Assembly (NCBI GenBank): GCA_034520885.1
Contig: JAXHNE010000005.1
Coordinates: forward strand, 77,748-141,747
Origin: Candidatus Saccharimonadota bacterium
GTDB lineage: Bacteria > Patescibacteriota > Saccharimonadia > Saccharimonadales > JAXHNE01
Direction: 5' to 3'
DNA length: 64,000 nucleotides
The notes under the pieces were generated by a model. It saw only the letters and a list, made by a program, of their open reading frames with translations. It was not told the origin of the DNA and made no database searches. Below, one piece after another: positions 45,007 through 52,974 of this stretch. Within the stretch, counting starts at the first letter, position 1; each line of letters opens with the position of its first letter. A program made the position numbers and the translations under genes.

Positions 45007-45034
45007 TATACGATATTAATTAAAAAAAGGTTAC
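45007..45034 (-). promoter_or_regulatory. cassette promoter GTAAC-N17-CGTATAAT
   Basis: Drives 44713-44973. Confidence 0.6.
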
Positions 45035-45071
45035 GTTATTCATGGGTTTTTTTAATTAAAATCTTTGTACA

Positions 45072-45275
45072 TTAGTCTTCATCCTCTTCATTATTTGTAA
45101 TCTCAATATCATCATCATCAATTGCACTAACGAAGATTTGTGGTTGTTCATCACTAAACCTTTGCTGTAAAACTGTGTTGATTTCTTCAAGCATATCTAA
45201 TGCCGTGTGTTTGTCTGCTCCATCATCGAAACTATCAAACTGAATTTGAATGTTTTTTACGATTATTGATTTCAT
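45072..45275 (-). CDS. hypothetical small, very acidic protein
   Basis: 67 aa ending in NNEEDED, with its own cassette. Confidence 0.55.
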   Translation of the reverse strand: MKSIIVKNIQIQFDSFDDGADKHTALDMLEEINTVLQQRFSDEQPQIFVSAIDDDDIEITNNEEDED

Positions 45276-45300
45276 TGTGTTTGGTTTTGGTTATAGTTAT

Positions 45301-45327
45301 TATACGTGTTTTAATTAAAAAGGTTAC
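45301..45327 (-). promoter_or_regulatory. cassette promoter GTAAC-N16-CGTATAAT
   Basis: The upstream gene's stop codon lies inside the -35 (ACG TAA CC). Confidence 0.65.
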
Positions 45328-45630
45328 GTTTTTAACCTGATTTGATTTTCATAAATAAAACCCTCATCATTCTCATTGTCGTAAAACTCCAAATCGTTAG
45401 CCACAAATACAGGAATATTACCATGCCAATCGTAAACTGGTGAGGCTTTGCAGTATGTTCTGGTCACCCTTACAATAACAATTGGATAGGGTTTATGTCT
45501 TGCGCCATTGTCGGGATGAATCGTTCTGACATCCAGAACCTCACCCTCACGCCATTCGTTAAGGTTCTCATTTCTGGGGTTGTTGATTAACACCTCAACG
45601 ACATCACCCTTTATAATTTTTTAGTTTCAT
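45324..45630 (-). CDS. hypothetical protein, frame break near the start
   Basis: ATG 45630 gives MKLKNYKG, then an extra G, then DVVEVLINNPRNENLNEW.... Confidence 0.45.
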
Positions 45631-45655
45631 TGTGTTTGGTTTTGGTTATAGTTAT

Positions 45656-45682
45656 TATACGAAAAAACCCTGCAAAGGTTAC
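45656..45682 (-). promoter_or_regulatory. cassette promoter GTAAC-N16-CGTATAAT
   Basis: -35 lies in the CCCTG/CAGGG hairpin. Confidence 0.65.
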
Positions 45683-45800
45683 AGGGTTTTTAATTAAAAT
45701 CTATATATTATTCTCATATTATTTTATCTATAGTGTGTCTTAGGGCGAACCTTTGTTTAGCGTTTCCATCGTTTACGGTTTTAATTAAAATCTCTATACA

Positions 45801-46007
45801 TTAGTCTTCTCTGACTTCGACATTATCTGCATCGACTTCGAATGCTTCTCCGCATTGGTCTTCGACAATCACCGTGCCACGGGATTCCAGAATACCATCT
45901 TTTACAATGATTCCGACAAAACTGTGATTATGCATATCACTTTTTCTGGGTGCTCCGACTTCAACTGTTTGGAATTCTTCGAGTAGTGTGCCTGTTTTTT
46001 CTAACAT
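45801..46007 (-). CDS. hypothetical small protein
   Basis: 68 aa. Confidence 0.5.
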   Translation of the reverse strand: MLEKTGTLLEEFQTVEVGAPRKSDMHNHSFVGIIVKDGILESRGTVIVEDQCGEAFEVDADNVEVRED

Positions 46008-46025
46008 GATTTTTGGTTTTAATGA

Positions 46026-46238
46026 TTATACGATATAGAACATTGTTGTTTCAGTGAATTGTTCACTAACTACGATTTTTGTCAGACCCACATTTTCGTT
46101 TTCCACTGGTGAAATGAAGCCATTTTCTGCCCTATCACTTAACGCTGATAAAGTGTTTTCAACAACTTCTTTAATCTCTTCGTCATCAGTGATTTTGTTG
46201 TCGAATTCAAGACTAACTACTAATTGAATTGTTTTCAT
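46026..46238 (-). CDS. hypothetical small acidic protein
   Basis: 70 aa. Confidence 0.5.
   Translation of the reverse strand: MKTIQLVVSLEFDNKITDDEEIKEVVENTLSALSDRAENGFISPVENENVGLTKIVVSEQFTETTMFYIV
46027..46052 (-). promoter_or_regulatory. cassette promoter variant GAAAC-N15-CGTATAAT
   Basis: The -10 overlaps the upstream stop (ATC GTA TAA). Confidence 0.45.
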
Positions 46239-46264
46239 GATTTCTGTGTTTTGGTTATAGTTAT

Positions 46265-46291
46265 TATACGAACAATATCTGAAAAGGTTTC
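46265..46291 (-). promoter_or_regulatory. cassette promoter variant GAAACC-N16-CGTATAAT
   Basis: Drives 46026-46238. Confidence 0.55.
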
Positions 46292-46365
46292 AGTTTATGG
46301 ACATTATATCAATAAAAAACCCCACAATATTGTTGCAGGGTTTTGTTTAGGACATTGTGTTGTTG

Positions 46366-47250
46366 TTAATCCTCAACTCTTTTGATGATGAACAATAACG
46401 TCTTTACCCTTGTATCTTTGTAGGGAAACTTAACCACAATCTCATAACCTGCATTGCTGTTAACTAAAAAGTTAACCAAGTCATTTGTTACTTCTGCCCC
46501 AGTTGGTTCTTTACCAGCATAACAGTTTTTGATATACTTATTACTATAACTGTTCATGCGGAGCGAATGATTTAAAACCCTGTCATTTTCTGATAGTGTT
46601 AAGGTAATGTACCCACCTTTTTTAACTAAATTGCGTTTCATCACATCATTGATTTCATCATAAAAAGTGTCGATGAAACCGCAGTAATCCAAAATAGCAC
46701 TACTATATGTGTCTTCGGCATCATTCACAATATGTTCACCAACGGTTTTGTTACGTAGTGGAAATAACTGAATCAAATAACTTGTCATTAGCCGTCAGAT
46801 TCCTAACCATTTCCTTATAGGTTTCTTTGTCACGTTCAACCGCAGTGAATTTATAACCACTTTTTTGTTTGAGGATGTTTTTCTCCATTATCCATTCAGC
46901 AGCAGGTAAGGTCAGGATATTACTACTTTGCCGTTTGGTTAACATAATTGATTCAGCAATTAATTGCCTTGCCTTATCTTTGGCTTTTCCATGATAATTA
47001 CTAAAAGTGTTTTTTGCTTCTTTTAACACGTTTTACTGGCTTCTTAGGTGCTTTTTTGGTTGTTGTCCCGTTTGCGGAATTAAGTGCTCTGGCTATCGCA
47101 TTTACTTGCCTAAATGAAGGCAAACCAAGAAGTTCAGCCAATTCGTTGTTGTCCATACTATCATAGTTTTCAATAATAGTATCAATCATTTTAGTTGTTC
47201 TGCCGTCAGTTAATTTAACGCCTTTGTACTTTTCAATTGTCTGTTGTCAT
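46366..47250 (-). CDS. ~295-aa protein in >=4 frame pieces (weak methyltransferase-like resemblance)
   Basis: ORFs 47001-47189, 46751-47029 and 46366-46788 overlap end to end. ATG 47250 follows the cassette. Confidence 0.35.
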
Positions 47251-47297
47251 GGTGTTTGTGATTTTGGTTAAACAATTTGTTTGTTGGTTATGGTTAT

Positions 47298-47324
47298 TAT
47301 ACGACACACACACGCAAAGGTTAC
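47298..47324 (-). promoter_or_regulatory. cassette promoter GTAAC-N16-CGTATAAT
   Basis: Drives the gene starting at 47250. Confidence 0.6.
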
Positions 47325-47356
47325 ACTATATGAAATATAATTTTAATTAAAACGAG

Positions 47357-47438
47357 TTATTTAGAACCATTCTAAACTCAGGATATAAGGTAGGGTCGGA
47401 TTACCGCACTGAGATTTTACTCTCCGTTGTTGTTGTTA
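47357..47438 (-). ncRNA. promoter-driven small RNA candidate, copy 2
   Basis: Shares CTCAGTGCGGTAATC, CCCTACC and CTGAGTTTAGAA. Helix GAGA/TCTC here corresponds to GAGG/CCTC in copy 1. Confidence 0.5.
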
Positions 47439-47444
47439 TACTTA

Positions 47445-47471
47445 TTATACGCAGAAATAAAAAAAAGGTTA
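47445..47471 (-). promoter_or_regulatory. cassette promoter driving small RNA copy 2
   Basis: -35 lies in the hairpin GGTTGCA-GAAA-TGTAACC. Confidence 0.6.
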
Positions 47472-47508
47472 CATTTCTGCAACCCTTTTTTAATTAAAAT
47501 CTTAATTC

Positions 47509-47838
47509 TTAATATGCTCTTGACGGCATTCTCTGGTTCTGTTCGTAACTCTGGCTCTCCCATTCGCTGTCGGGATTAGTGAGTTCAAAGAAATACTTGC
47601 GCAGTTGTTCAGCGATTTCATCGAGTTCCTTACAAACGCTTTCTTCAACGAATGACTGGTTGGCTCTAACTGTGTCGCTACTGCATACTCTGCCCAGCAT
47701 TCCACCACCTAAGTAGTTTTGATACGCTGACATTTTCTCGCCTTCAAAACCCAGTGTGTCGAGACTGATTTCAATTCCACCACCACGACCACCGATTTCC
47801 TGTCTTAATACGATTTCTTCAAAGTTAATGGTTTCCAT
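47509..47838 (-). CDS. hypothetical phage protein
   Basis: 109 aa with its own cassette. Confidence 0.55.
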   Translation of the reverse strand: METINFEEIVLRQEIGGRGGGIEISLDTLGFEGEKMSAYQNYLGGGMLGRVCSSDTVRANQSFVEESVCKELDEIAEQLRKYFFELTNPDSEWESQSYEQNQRMPSRAY

Positions 47839-47864
47839 TGTGTTAATGTTTTGGTTATAGTTAT

Positions 47865-47891
47865 TATACGTGTTTTAATTAAAAAGGTTAC
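47865..47891 (-). promoter_or_regulatory. cassette promoter GTAAC-N16-CGTATAAT
   Basis: Drives 47509-47838. Confidence 0.65.
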
Positions 47892-47892
47892 G

Positions 47893-48036
47893 TTAATTAA
47901 GACGTATTTCAAATATGTTTTCATTGCTGATAAACAAATACTTTGGATTGGTTTTGGCTTTGTACTCCCTAACATCTTCTTGTGTTGGCGGGTGACCTAA
48001 CATCTTTTCGAGTTTCTTAAATTCATAGAGGTTCAT
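47893..48036 (-). CDS. hypothetical small protein
   Basis: 47 aa, MNLYEFKKLEKMLGHPPTQEDVREY.... Confidence 0.35.
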   Translation of the reverse strand: MNLYEFKKLEKMLGHPPTQEDVREYKAKTNPKYLFISNENIFEIRLN

Positions 48037-48096
48037 GTCTTTAGTATTTTAATTACTTATACGTAAATACTCTGAAAACATTGAATTCTGAAATGG

Positions 48097-48124
48097 AAAA
48101 ACCCCCGTGTAACCAGCACGGGGG
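48097..48124 (-). terminator. intrinsic terminator (same hairpin as 43437-43459)
   Basis: CCCCCGTG-CTGGTTA-CACGGGGG followed by T5. Confidence 0.75.
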
Positions 48125-48169
48125 CAACCATGAATTAACTAAAACGACTACTAACTATGAATAATATTT

Positions 48170-48358
48170 TTATCTATTTGTAAACTCTTCCCACAACGCA
48201 TCGGGGTCAATTTCCTGTGTCAGGTCGCCACCTGTTCTTAATATGATGAACTTGGCGAAGTTAATGCGTTTAGTTGCTTCATCTCCATTTGTGTGAGATA
48301 TTATCTCCTGTGCGTCACTGAGGTGCGACATTACTACCATGCTTGCTTTCATTATCAT
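48170..48358 (-). CDS. hypothetical small protein
   Basis: 62 aa with its own cassette and a strong terminator. Confidence 0.5.
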   Translation of the reverse strand: MIMKASMVVMSHLSDAQEIISHTNGDEATKRINFAKFIILRTGGDLTQEIDPDALWEEFTNR

Positions 48359-48384
48359 TGCTTTGTGGTTTTGGTTATAGTTAT

Positions 48385-48411
48385 TATACGGATTCAGATT
48401 AAAAAGGTTAC
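48385..48411 (-). promoter_or_regulatory. cassette promoter GTAAC-N16-CGTATAAT
   Basis: Drives 48170-48358. Confidence 0.65.
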
Positions 48412-48412
48412 A

Positions 48413-48678
48413 CTACATCCAACCTTTTTTGAAATTGGTTTTCTCTTCTATCCAGTCCATTATTTTTTCTGCGTAATAGTATGAAGTCAGTTCTTCGAGA
48501 AATCTCTTATTTGACTTACTACGCCATATTCTTCAGTTGTTGTTGTTCCTTGTTTTACAACTTCTTTGGTGTTGTAGTCCAGTGCCTTTATCTGAATTAC
48601 TTTTACCTTTTATATCAATTCGGATAATTCCACCTATTGCGTATTCTCCGATTTTAAAACTCTTTGTCGCTTGTGCCA
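48413..48678 (-). CDS. hypothetical protein, frame broken
   Basis: MAQATKSFKIGEYAIGGIIRIDIKGK ... RFLEELTSYYYAEKIMDWIEEKTNFKKGWM. Confidence 0.4.
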
Positions 48679-48704
48679 TTGCTCTGTGGTTTTGGTTATA
48701 GTTA

Positions 48705-48731
48705 TTATACGTACATTAGTTAAAAAGGTTA
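48705..48731 (-). promoter_or_regulatory. cassette promoter GTAAC-N16-CGTATAAT
   Basis: Drives the gene starting at 48678. Confidence 0.65.
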
Positions 48732-48733
48732 CA

Positions 48734-48955
48734 CTACATCCAACCCTGTTCAATTATAACAGGTTTTCTCTTGTAATTAAAACCCCAGACTTCTCTCCAT
48801 TCACCCCACTCTCCACGTCTTGAACGAAATACAGTCACCTGCTTATCGGGTGCTTGTTCAATGAGTTCAGATAGTCTTGATTTCAATTCCGCATAGGTCG
48901 GAAACGGTTTCCATTCCTTGCCTACTACTGCTGTGGGTTTTGTCATTCGTGCCAT
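48734..48955 (-). CDS. hypothetical small protein
   Basis: 73 aa, ending in GWM like its neighbour. Confidence 0.5.
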   Translation of the reverse strand: MARMTKPTAVVGKEWKPFPTYAELKSRLSELIEQAPDKQVTVFRSRRGEWGEWREVWGFNYKRKPVIIEQGWM

Positions 48956-48982
48956 TGCTTTGTGGTTATTGGTTATAGTTAT

Positions 48983-49009
48983 TATACGTGTTTTAATTAA
49001 AAAGGTTAC
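48983..49009 (-). promoter_or_regulatory. cassette promoter GTAAC-N16-CGTATAAT
   Basis: Drives 48734-48955. Confidence 0.65.
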
Positions 49010-49010
49010 A

Positions 49011-49252
49011 TTAAACGTAATGATAATGCCACGCTAAAAAACCCTGCCTGTCCATATAAAACGCTGTAACATGATAATGATATTTGTCTTTACTGAATAA
49101 ATTGGTTCTAATATATTCTAAGGCATTTTCCACGGATTCAACCCTGTCGCTTTGCCGTCATCACCAGTCCAGTGTGAATTATTCTGAGTTAAGACCAAAT
49201 ATTTATTGGTTCTTGTGCTACGAATTGCGACCTTATGATACTTTGCTGTCAT
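49011..49252 (-). CDS. hypothetical protein, one frame break
   Basis: MTAKYHKVAIRSTRTNKYLVLTQNNSHWTGDDGKATG, then shifted to ESVENALEYIRTNLFSKDKYHYHVTAFYMDRQGF. Confidence 0.4.
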
Positions 49253-49264
49253 GGTACATTGTGG

Positions 49265-49450
49265 TTATTGGTTTTGAATATCATCAACAATCTTTTGTTG
49301 TATCTTTATTGCCCTGCATATAGCGAAGAACGGCATACCTTTGAGTTTCTTCATTTTATGAAGTTCAGATAGGACATTAACAGCGGTTTCGAGTTTATTA
49401 CCACTTGCTTTTGCAATAGTCAGTGTCGATATTATTGCGGTTGCGTTCAT
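49265..49450 (-). CDS. hypothetical small protein
   Basis: 61 aa from ATG 49450, just after the cassette. The ORF-track start at 49537 reads through the promoter. Confidence 0.45.
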   Translation of the reverse strand: MNATAIISTLTIAKASGNKLETAVNVLSELHKMKKLKGMPFFAICRAIKIQQKIVDDIQNQ

Positions 49451-49477
49451 GGTACATTGTGTTTTGGTTATAGTTAT

Positions 49478-49505
49478 TATACGTATAAATACAAAAAAAG
49501 GTTGC
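49478..49505 (-). promoter_or_regulatory. cassette promoter variant GCAACC-N17-CGTATAAT
   Basis: Drives the gene starting at 49450. Confidence 0.5.
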
Positions 49506-49543
49506 GTTTTACACAACCTTTTTTTAATTAAAATCATTTCTTT

Positions 49544-49878
49544 TTACACGTGACCACCAGACTTTACGGTTTCCATTACATCTGCTAGAGTTCTGGACAA
49601 TGGTTCGAAGTGCATATCTCTCTCAATACCCAAACCGAACATACCCCTAAAATCCTTCAACTCCTGCATTGATACAGTACCACATTCAGCATCTTCGGGA
49701 TAACCCAATGTTGCAAAACACATATAAACATCATCATCGAGTTTTTCGTACAAATACCATGTGCTTGCACCTGCGGGATAAAAGATTTCATGACAATTTT
49801 AATATCCTTTGCGGACTTCTGACTTGTGTCGCCTTGCTTTGCAAATGCTTTTTCGATTTCTTTGGTTATTAGTTTCAT
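49544..49878 (-). CDS. DUF2958-family protein, one frame break
   Basis: MKLITKEIEKAFAKQGDTS...KIVMKSF, then shifted to WYLYEKLDDDVYMCFATLGYPEDAECGTVSMQELKDFRGMFGLGIERDMHFEP. Confidence 0.6.
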
Positions 49879-49904
49879 TGTGTTTATGTTTTCGTTATAG
49901 TTCT

Positions 49905-49931
49905 TATACGGTTTTAATTAAAAAAGGTTAC
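49905..49931 (-). promoter_or_regulatory. cassette promoter GTAAC-N16-CGTATAAG
   Basis: Drives the DUF2958 gene. Confidence 0.6.
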
Positions 49932-50377
49932 ATTATTCGCTCATTTCTCCAATATATTGAAACATTCCCAATAAGGTGACAAAATATATGATTTCCCCAT
50001 GTAAAATATAATCCGAGGTTAACGCCATTATGAATAAGAGGTTTTGTGATTTTCTCAATCTCAAACATACCGATATTTGGAAAACTTTTCGTTTTTCCTT
50101 TCCCCTCATTAATTAAATGAAGTAAAACATCTTTGGCGTTATTAAAATCGGGTGTTGTTTTGGTTTCTTTTCCATAACAACCAACACTATATCTAAGAGT
50201 ATAACCCATTTTATTAACATCACCACGGGGCGAAGCCAATTCTTTTGCATCACAAAGAAAATCAACACCATCAAATCTATCAATGGTTATATAATGCACA
50301 TCATTTAACTCACTGAAAGTAATTACACCTTTGTTAATTAAATCTGAATGTTTGGTTTTAAAATATTCTAATGTCAT
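49928..50377 (-). CDS. hypothetical phage protein
   Basis: 149 aa with its own cassette. Confidence 0.55.
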   Translation of the reverse strand: MTLEYFKTKHSDLINKGVITFSELNDVHYITIDRFDGVDFLCDAKELASPRGDVNKMGYTLRYSVGCYGKETKTTPDFNNAKDVLLHLINEGKGKTKSFPNIGMFEIEKITKPLIHNGVNLGLYFTWGNHIFCHLIGNVSIYWRNERIM

Positions 50378-50402
50378 GGTTTTGCGTTTTGGTTATACTT
50401 AT

Positions 50403-50429
50403 TGTACGTATTTTAATTAAAAAGGTTAC
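50403..50429 (-). promoter_or_regulatory. cassette promoter variant GTAAC-N16-CGTACAAT
   Basis: Drives 49928-50377. Confidence 0.55.
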
Positions 50430-50493
50430 GTTTTATGGACATTATTTTAATTAAAACCATGAACATTATCACCCTGTTATTATGGACATTGCC

Positions 50494-51176
50494 CTATGCT
50501 GTTTGGCGAAGGCTTTGCAGTTGTTCCCTCAACTTGGTTTTACACCTGTTTATAGTTGCTTTAACTGTTCCCAAAGGTATATCAAGTGCAGCACATATTT
50601 CTTCATGACTTAATTTCCTTAAAAAGAACATTGTGGCAATCTTTCTTTGTTTCGCTGAAAGACTACGAAACGCCTCGGCTATGTTTTTACGACTTTCCTC
50701 GGACATCATGTTATCATCGGCTTGTATTGACGTTTGTTGCTCAAACATTGGCTTACCTTTATCATCGACATAATCATCGGTATTCAAATAACGGTCTGCG
50801 TGTTCGGTTCTATGATGGTCAATAACAACGTTTTTCGCAATATGGTATAACCACGTATTGAGTTTAGCAACATTAACATCATAGTTCTGTAAATGCTTTA
50901 TACATTTTCTAAAAACCTCACTTGTTAAATCTTCGGCAACCTCGGTTTCTCCCCTCCAACTCTCGGCAATATGTAGTAAAATATCTGCTTGTTATACTTT
51001 GTGTATATCTCGCTTATCTCATTTTCTTTTGTGCCGTTTTTCGCAATGTTCCAACTCTGACGTAAACAAGTGCTAAACATTTCCATTGTCCTGACTTCCT
51101 GAGCCTTATAGAATTTCCATGCTCTTCTCATTATCAATGACTTGTTGTAGTTGGCTACCAATTTTCTGTTTTTCAT
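50494..51176 (-). CDS. ECF-type (group 4) sigma-70 family factor, frame broken at a C4 run (50951-50954)
   Basis: Region 2 reads EIYTKYNKQIFYYILPRVGG / ETEVAEDLTSEVFRKCIKHLQNYD...LNTWLYHIAKNVVIDHHR. Region 4 reads LSAKQRKIATMFFLRKLSHEEICAALDIPLGTVKATINRCKTKLR. Confidence 0.7.
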
Positions 51177-51319
51177 AGCATATAAAATTAATGGTTAATA
51201 ATTGTGTCGCTTTGTTATTTCTACGCAGGGTTACAAAAAATGTTTCGTTTTTCAAGTTTTTTTTGTTATTTATAATGATTAAAAATAACAAGTGGATGCG
51301 AAAATAAATGCGATTCACT

Positions 51320-51346
51320 ATAACTTTTTTAATTAATCCACGTACA
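51320..51346 (+). promoter_or_regulatory. plus-strand cassette variant ATAAC-N16-CGTACA
   Basis: Leader TCTATAACCAACACACACACGACC, then ATG 51375. Confidence 0.5.
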
Positions 51347-51374
51347 CATATCTATAACCAACACACACACGACC

Positions 51375-51775
51375 ATGACAGCCGAAACCCTAAGTAATAA
51401 AAAGATAGTTGAACACATTAAATATGGTAATGGCACAAAAACAGTTTGCGTTTCGACTTGCTTAAACTATTTGGGTATTGCTCCAGACCAATACAGATAC
51501 ACTTCATCAAATAGAAATATGACCGCTTATATTAATGTATTTGAGAAAAACAGGTTATGCAGTTAGAAGCCGAATAACGAGAGTTTAAGGTAAAGAAATA
51601 TAATACCACCATGACAGCACTAAAAGCCGAAATTAAACGGTCAAAATACACTAAAACAGACTTATTTATTGTTAGTGGAGTGCAACAAAAATCTGCACAC
51701 CTTATGATATTAAACGGTAACGGAGAAACTGTAATAGATACCGCACCCAAAAGAAATGGCGCATACGTGCTGTAA
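51375..51775 (+). CDS. hypothetical protein, frame broken
   Basis: MTAETLSNKKIVEHIKYGNGTKTVCVSTCLNYLGI... continues in other frames to ...NGNGETVIDTAPKRNGAYVL. Confidence 0.4.
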
Positions 51776-51829
51776 ATCAAGTATTTAAGAATTAATTTGT
51801 AAAATAAATGAAAATAAATACGAATTAAT

Positions 51830-51856
51830 GTAACTATTTTCATTTATCCACGTAAT
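51830..51856 (+). promoter_or_regulatory. plus-strand cassette GTAAC-N16-CGTAATAAT
   Basis: Drives the ATG at 51907. Confidence 0.55.
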
Positions 51857-51906
51857 AATAAGAGAAAGACAAACACAAACCATATTAACTAAAAAAAACA
51901 GAAATT

Positions 51907-52622
51907 ATGAAAAACGCACAAACAATTCTTGCAGAGATTCTTAAAGGACAAAACGGTAAAGGTGCTAACTTCATGGGTATCAGCGAGTACACGTCAAAAA
52001 CAAGTGGCGAAGTTGCTAACTTTGTTGTGAATTTTGGTGCATCTTATGGAAATGCTAAAGCCAAAAGTGTTGAGATGCTTAACTCGCTGACCAACAATGA
52101 CTTCAAAGCAATTGCAGAGAAGTTCAAGGTAAATAATGCAGAGGGTGTAAAGTATGCAACCAATGCAGGGGCAACAAAATTTCTTGCAGAGGGTAAACTA
52201 CCAAAGGAAGGTACAAAAGCACGTGAAACCGCTTTAAATGGCGTGAAGGAAACAAAAACCCTTGCAACTGTAAGAGATGAAATGGTAAAAACCATGTTGG
52301 ATAACAAAAATGAGGAAACCCAAAGTGCGCAAAGTATAGCACAACAAGAAAAATATAATCATTTGGGCAGGGGCATTAAACAACACAAAGAAACCGAACA
52401 GTATTATTTCTATGCCAATTCACACGCCAAAGAAGTAATTGTTGAGGGTGAATACAAAAAAAGTAATCCTAACCCCGAAACCGCTCAAAAGAATGCGATT
52501 AGCAGGTATTTCAAGATGTTCTAAAAACCGAATTGCCAGTAGATAAATTCAGAATGTTTGCAATATCCGAGGAACGAATGAAAGAAGTAAATGTAACAGG
52601 TGACACATACCAATTCATTTAA
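51907..52622 (+). CDS. hypothetical phage protein, frame break near the 3' end
   Basis: A 205-aa ORF, then shifted to DVLKTELPVDKFRMFAISEERMKEVNVTGDTYQFI. Followed by a terminator. Confidence 0.5.
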
Positions 52623-52645
52623 CCCAAGAAACCCAACAGAAAAAA

Positions 52646-52671
52646 GGTTACAGTTTGTAGCCTTTTTTTTT
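52646..52671 (+). terminator. intrinsic terminator of the plus-strand pair
   Basis: GGTTACA-GTT-TGTAGCC followed by T9. Confidence 0.7.
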
Positions 52672-52974
52672 GCCCCAATACTTAATTTATAATGATTCTA
52701 AATAAGAACACCATGCTTTTATTTATGGTTTTAAGCCTGTTTAAGACAGTCAACCCCTAAACCATACGACCATACCATTCACCAGCAGATAGTCAGCCAC
52801 AACCCATGCTATACAGTGACAGGGGGAAACCCCGTATCCCACCCCAGAGGGACGGGGGGCATATATGGCTGGGGGTGCTACATGTCGACACCTTCACATA
52901 GGATCAAAAAATTTTCTGGAAAAAAATCCGGTATCCCCTATATACAAAACCCAAAAAAATTCTGGAAAAAATTT

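Noticed and set aside
42400-50450. The regular repeat/unique/repeat pattern could be mistaken for a CRISPR array
   Set aside because: Repeat spacing is irregular (about 95-900 bp). The 'spacers' are ORFs with start codons a fixed distance from the repeat. The repeat itself has promoter and terminator anatomy. No cas genes are present.
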